Of a stretch of 45,573 nt of DNA, positions 39,208 to 45,573 are shown in pieces. Positions within the stretch are counted from its first letter, which is position 1; every line of letters starts with the position of its first letter. The position numbers and the translations under genes were made by a program. Origin of the DNA: Octopus sinensis (lineage: Eukaryota); NCBI RefSeq assembly GCF_006345805.1, contig NW_021835101.1, positions 1 to 45,573 of the forward strand, in the 5' to 3' direction. The notes under the pieces were generated by a model that was given only the letters and a program-made list of their open reading frames with translations, was not told where the DNA came from and searched no databases.

Positions 39208-39563
39208 TTATTAATTAATGATTTTCCTTTTACGGTTCTTTCACACATACTAGCCACTGATATTGTAAATTATTAACAATAATATTCTTATATATTTAAA
39301 ATGTTTATTCACTTCGATCATCTTTTTTTAAATTTGCCGTGCCATTAAAAATGAGTATCGAACACATGGACGAAGCGAGCATGGTTTTGGCCCTGGGTCA
39401 GTAATACACACTGACGAGAAAATTCGATTCTTTTTGTCTATGGTACTGGGTCTTAGAATTTTACTGCCCGTTCCCTCAATTTCGCCCTTGTGCACAAGTG
39501 AAAGTTTTGAATCGTTTTGACTGCTATTTTTAGCATGCTGGTGCTACAAGTAGAACGCCTCAT

Positions 39564-39565
<2 letters not shown>
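39208..39565 (+). mobile_element. Non-coding HHR-bearing unit, copy 2 (circularly permuted, HHR internally deleted)
   Basis: Keeps tacaca-CTGACGA-gaa, then jumps to ttcgattc, lacking ~60 nt present in copy 1. Confidence 0.7.
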
Positions 39566-39596
<31 letters not shown>

Positions 39597-39951
39597 AGAT
39601 CCATGGATTTAACTGTAGGAGGCTTGGAAGCTTCAAGTAGTCCATGGCAGGTATAGAAAACAAAGTGGACAGTTTGCGGTGAGGAACACTAACGATTTAT
39701 TGGCATCGAGTTACAAACTTTTGCCCTTATCAAAGTTACGAGGAATTTCGATAAGCTGGTTTCTGTGTAGCTCATGGCTAGCAACTAGAGTTGCAACAAA
39801 TGTGATTAAAAATCGATATTTATATGTACACATACATACATACATACATACATACATACATACATACATACATACATGCATGCATGCATACATACATACA
39901 TACATACGTACGTACATACATACATACATACATACATATACACATATACAT

Positions 39952-40145
39952 ATTCGCCATGATTGATAGCTTGCCACTAAACCTTTTTTCTATTTTCTCT
40001 CCCTGTTTATTTGTGTGTTGCTTTCTGTCGAAGAGCGTAGGCTTGAAACGTAAAAGACTTTCTCACTTCCCGAGCGTTAAACTAATACAACTGTTTGTTG
40101 TTTACACACCCGTCTTCGGTTTTTGTTTTTTTGTAAATTCTCACT
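39952..40145 (+). mobile_element. Dispersed repeat with a CUGUNGA hammerhead-like motif at 40021-40056
   Basis: cttt-CTGTCGA-a-gagc gtag gctt-GAAA-cg-TA-aaag; homologous to 15160-15352. Confidence 0.65.
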
Positions 40146-40181
40146 ATATACATACATGCATATATATACATATATATACAT

Positions 40182-40213
<32 letters not shown>

Positions 40214-40385
40214 TATATAAATATATGTTATATATATATATATATTACACATATATATGCACACACACATGCATACATACATACGCACACATACACACGT
40301 ATGTATGTGTGTATCTCTCTCTCTCTCTCTCTCTCTGCATATACTGTTTCACCATATTATATTGTAAGTAAAGCCTACATTATTA

Positions 40386-40604
40386 CGAGGGGCTACTGAA
40401 AACGGCCTGTCTTTAAGGATATCCCGAAAAGCCTGGCTTGAGGCCCAACCTTCCGAGTTTCTTTCCCGGGCTTAGAAAAACTGATGAACCGCTACAATAA
40501 GTGTGTGAACCTGAGAGGGGAATATGTTCAGTAAAATCACAATTAACTGGTTCCCCTATATTTTCTTTAACCCAAAAGCCAGGTACTTTTCAGCTCCCCA
40601 TCAT
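40386..40604 (+). mobile_element. mariner-derived MITE
   Basis: TA-cgaggggctactgaaaa / ttttcagctccccatcat imperfect TIRs; retains the transposase end GLEKLMNRYNKCVNLRGEYVQ*. Confidence 0.75.
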
Positions 40605-40933
40605 TCATTGAATGATCTTGTGATACTGTAGGACAGCGTATTACAGTGTATTACTTCTATCATTTCTACACTATCACCCTCACTACAACGCCGCCAAAAA
40701 TGACCACCAAAAGCGCTGCAACTATTGTTATTAATACCATCTCCATTAAAAGCAGCATCATCACCACCACTTCAATATTCCTTCAGATACCGCATCTTTC
40801 TCATCGTCATCATCACCATCATCCTCATCATCAATACGATAGTCGTTGTCGTCATCATTATCCTCCTCCTCCTCATCGTCATCATCGTCGTCGTCGTCGG
40901 AATCATCATCATCATCATCTTCTTCATCTTCTT

Positions 40934-41310
40934 CATCCGCATCATCTATGTTCCCTATCGTTTTTATAGCGACTTAGCGACTTGAAAGGAACATTCCCAG
41001 ACTCGAGTGTGTGTGTGTGCGTGTGTGTATGTATGTGTGCCTCTGTGTGTGTGTGTGTGTGTGTGCGTGTGCCATGCCATGTCGTAACTGCGTTGAGACG
41101 TGGCCAACAGAACATCATCATCATCATCATCATCACCATCCGCATCATCTACGTTCCCTGCAGTTTCTATAGCAACCTGAAAGCAACATTTTCAACCTTG
41201 TGTGTAATGTACGTTCGCGAGTATGTGTTTATGTATGCGTGTGCGTGCGTGTGCCGTGCCATGCCACTCCATACCATAACTGGGCTGAGACGTGGCCAAC
41301 GGAGCACTCT
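40934..41310 (+). repeat. Diverged ~200-bp tandem duplication
   Basis: catccgcatcatcta.gttccct...tgaaag.aacatt...gtgccatgcca...tgagacgtggccaac occurs twice. Confidence 0.8.
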
Positions 41311-42007
41311 CCTCCTCCTCTTCCTCCTCCTCCACCTAATCATCATCATCATTATCACCGCCAGTCAGACAGATCCAGTCCATTGTTGTTCCTATGTAAA
41401 GTGGTTTCCTTCCATGCCAGTATAATAGACGTCGAAGCGTTTAAACGAACACTATTATTTCAATTTATTACTGTTGAGAACCTTGAGCAATTATCTCAGT
41501 GTCTCATCAATGATAAACTCTCATATATAATTAACTGTGTGATTTCCGACCAGCTCTTTAAATTTTGTAATAATGATAATAACCCAGGACACACAGACAC
41601 AGTGTAGCCATTGCTGTTGATGGAATATATTCCATTGTTGCTAGTTTCACCGAATTCAGGACTAGAAGACAACTTCCCTATTCTTACTGATATAAAGAGG
41701 CAATCAAAAGCCTGTTTTCTATGTAATGTATTGCTTTATTTTACTGAATTGTATATCTCTATATACATGCATGTATGTACGCATTGAATGAATGTAGCAT
41801 GCGTGTATATATGAAATGTATATTATTACATAGTATTGTATTATATTGTATATATATATATATATATATGAATGTGTACACGTATCTATTTGTGCAGTAA
41901 TATATGCATTATACATACATATATATATACATATATGCATTTATCTATGAATGTATGCATGTACGTAAGCTTGTATACGTGTATTGTATGTATGTATGTA
42001 TATATAT

Positions 42008-42071
<64 letters not shown>

Positions 42072-42655
42072 TGTATGTATATATGCATGTATGCATGAAA
42101 CTATGTATGTATGAATATAAATATGTCAGCATGTATGAATGTAAGTATGTCGGTATGTATGTGTTCATGCATGTATGTGTATATATGAATGCATGCACAT
42201 ATATATGTAGTTATGTATGTCTGCATGTATATATGAATATATATATAACTATATATTATATATATTTATACATGGAAATATATATATAAATAACTATATA
42301 TATATAAATATATGCATATGTATATATATATGCATACATGGATGTATCTGTCTATCAACCTGTCTGTCTGTCTGTCTATCTATATTTATATACACATATA
42401 TAATCTCATGCATGTACAGATACTGACACGCACATATGATACTAAAAGAACCGGCTGCCGCTCTTGACTATCACTAAACTCCCCTCTGCGCCCCATTCTC
42501 TACTGCCACGCCCTTCATCCTGCTCTTCCGCATCCATCTCTTAATCTACACATCTCTCACTACACCAACCCCTCTGATGTCACTGTCTCTTTCTGTGTCT
42601 TTCGCTCTACGTCTTTATCTCTTTGAATAACTACACATACATACACAGAGCGCCA

Positions 42656-42727
<72 letters not shown>

Positions 42728-43396
42728 CCAGTTAAATATATATTTACATATATACGTATATTTATATATATGCATATGTATGTGTATACGCACACACAAA
42801 CATACACACGTTGTGTGTATACAAGCGCTTACATACATATATGCATATATGTATATATTGTACTTTACGTTCTTCGTATTGACGGAACATTGTAGTTAGA
42901 TTTTGAAAAGCAGTTATAATAAAACGCACCGTTTCCAGTAGATTTCCAATTGTCCATGGCATAATAATTACACCATAGAAAAGCCACAGCTACAAACCAG
43001 CTATAACCACAATCAGAACAACCGACCACAGCTCCAACAATAACAACAACAGTAATAGCAACAAATATAACCACAATCACAGCCAGAATCAGAGCAGACG
43101 GCACATATGGTTGCTTCTTGAACGAATATCATTGTTAGATAATTGATGGGTTGTAACTAATTTCCTTTTCTACTATAATTAATGATTGGCATAAAATCTC
43201 ATTCAATGAAAGTCATCAATGGAAAAATAATTCCATTCCATACAAACTTTCGCCTTTAGCTTTCCAATTCGAAAACGTCGGACGCAAAAATTGGTCAGCA
43301 AATGGAGGCAAGCAGACGACAACGACGCCGTCGTCGCTACATCGCTCATTCCCATGTATCACGAAAACTGCTATCTGTGTCTGTGTGTGTGCACGC

Positions 43397-43427
<31 letters not shown>

Positions 43428-43564
43428 CGTGTGTGTGTAGAGTATGTACATCAATGTATCTATACATGTAAGTGAATAATAATATTTGTATTACTTTCGT
43501 AAATTGTGATTTGTATTTGTTTCCATATAATGTCGATATACATACGTACATATATACAGACATG

Positions 43565-43606
<42 letters not shown>

Positions 43607-43662
43607 TGTGCGTGTATATATATATATATATAATTCAAAACTGTTTGATTCGAATTCCGAGC

Positions 43663-43705
<43 letters not shown>

Positions 43706-43867
43706 CGCACATACATATAATCATTGATACATACATATATACATACGTACGTATATCTATGTATGTGTATATAATATCTATACATAGGTATAGATATTGC
43801 ATATATGCATTATATATATGTATGTATTATATACATATGTATATATACATTCACGCACACATGTCAT

Positions 43868-44112
43868 CATCATCATCATTGTTCGACCGTGGTCGAGACA
43901 ATGGAATTTACCATGCTACGCCAGACTTCAGGGTCCATCATGGCATTACGGAGGTCCTGTTGCTGGATGCCTGTATCCCTGGAGATTACATCAGGGTAGG
44001 AGAGTGTGCGCCCTCTGGTGTTGCGAGTAGATGGCTTCCAGAGGAGAAGAGTAGAAATTACCTCTTTTTCAGCTCTACAACAATGTCCAGCAAACTGGAC
44101 TCTCCTACCTTT
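43868..44112 (-). mobile_element. RTE-type LINE 3' end with TSD
   Basis: [29 protein letters not shown]; (tga)n tail; TSD cacatgtcat at 43858-43867 and 44113-44122. Confidence 0.85.
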
Positions 44113-44294
44113 CACATGTCATATCCATGCACACATGCATACATACACACACATATTATACGTACACACATATAGCGTGCGTATTAGTGTGTGTGCATGT
44201 ATGTATGTGTTTGTGTCTGTGTGTGTGTACGTTTGTGTATGTTTGCGTACTCGTGATTGTGTAATAAACATGTATCTTTTTATTCTTATATTTG

Positions 44295-44660
44295 TTTCAA
44301 TTACTTTACTGCGGCCATGCTGGAGCACCGCGTTTAGTCGATCAAATCGACCCCAGGACTTATTCTTTGTTAGCCTAGTACTTATTATATAGGTCGCTTT
44401 TTTGCTGAACCGCTATGTCACGGGGACATAAACACAGCAACATCGGTTGTCAAGCGATGGTGGGGGTACTAAAAAACAGACACAAATAACAAATACATTC
44501 ATACATACGATATACGACAGGCTTCTTTCAGTTTCGGTTTACCAAATCCACTCACAAGGCTTTGGTCAGCCCGAGGCTATAGTAGGAGACGCTTGCCCAA
44601 TGTTCCATGCAGTGGGACTGAACCGGGACCCATGTGGTCGGGAAGCAAGCTTCTTACCAC
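44295..44660 (-). mobile_element. Full-length SINE (family of 15630-16210)
   Basis: Minus head gtggtaagaagcttgc...ggttcagtccc; body colinear with 15630-16210. Confidence 0.85.
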
Positions 44661-45144
44661 TGAATATGCACAATATGAAGCTAAAAAAATCTAGAATCCG
44701 AAAAGACACTAGTTTTTTAGTGAGGACTTAGTACCGTTCTTGGTTAGAAATGATATATATTTAAAACAAAAGGCCTTCCTGATCGGGATATCTTTACGAT
44801 TTTGTACTATTTCTACCATTCGTTACGTAGCTAAATTTTAGATTGAATTACATGAAATCAGATGTCCTTGTCAATCTCTCATTACACACACGCTTGCGCA
44901 CCCTAGTTCGACTGGGTCACCGTTACTTTTCTCCTTTTCACTCAACCTCTTTCTTCTGGCCATTTTATCACATTGAATCATTAACCCCTACAATATTTTA
45001 TCTCTCTCCGTTTTCTCTTTGTTCTCTCTCCTTTTTTTCCCTCTCAACCCTTTCTGTTGAAGAGCTAAGGATCTTTTCCATTCTTCCCGAGCGTCAAACT
45101 AATACACCTGCTTGTTGCTTCTTCACCGATCTTCGTCTTTTCTG

Positions 45145-45290
45145 AAACCTCGAAGTATTTATTTTTTATAGCCTGGTACTTAACATAACGGCTTCTCTTG
45201 CCGATTGCTAAGTTACAGGTACGTAAACACATGAGTACCGGTTGTCAAGCGGTGGCAGGGGACAAACAAAGATACAAAGATACAGACACG
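45145..45290 (-). mobile_element. SINE 3' half fragment
   Basis: ccaccgcttgacaaccgg...taagtaccagg on the minus strand. Confidence 0.65.
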
Positions 45291-45305
45291 CACATATCAC
45301 ACACA

Positions 45306-45347
<42 letters not shown>

Positions 45348-45355
45348 CATATATA

Positions 45356-45414
<59 letters not shown>

Positions 45415-45533
45415 ATGTGTGGATGAAACTATTAGTAGCGCTATAATAATGTACTGTGACCTTTAAATAAATAACATTTGTCTCACCAGATGGAAAACCT
45501 TTTCGTTGAATTTTCTATCACGGAACAGTACAT

Positions 45534-45573
<40 letters not shown>

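Overview
AT-rich, microsatellite-saturated animal non-coding DNA. The SINE families and repeat style look like an octopod (Octopus-like) genome; this is my inference, not a database result. No host protein-coding gene can be supported, and nearly all short ORFs in the track are translations of (TA)n, (CA)n, (ATCT)n or trinucleotide repeats. Real coding content is transposon-derived: a young CR1/L2-type LINE RT nested in a DD37D-like Tc1/mariner, two divergent Naiad-like Penelope GIY-YIG fragments head-to-head, a Neptune-like Penelope RT/EN fused in frame to a DD34D mariner, a Chapaev3 (CMC) transposase pseudogene, and R4/Dong-like, RTE and CR1/L2 fragments, plus many tRNA-derived SINEs. The main signal missed by the ORF track is about 15 type-I hammerhead ribozyme (HHR) motifs from several unrelated families: 4 with canonical cores and the rest variant or decayed. 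They lie in Penelope 3' ends and in non-coding ~335-420 nt units that are tandem or circularly permuted and head-to-head inverted, which resembles retrozymes or Penelope pseudo-LTRs. All structures were folded by eye.
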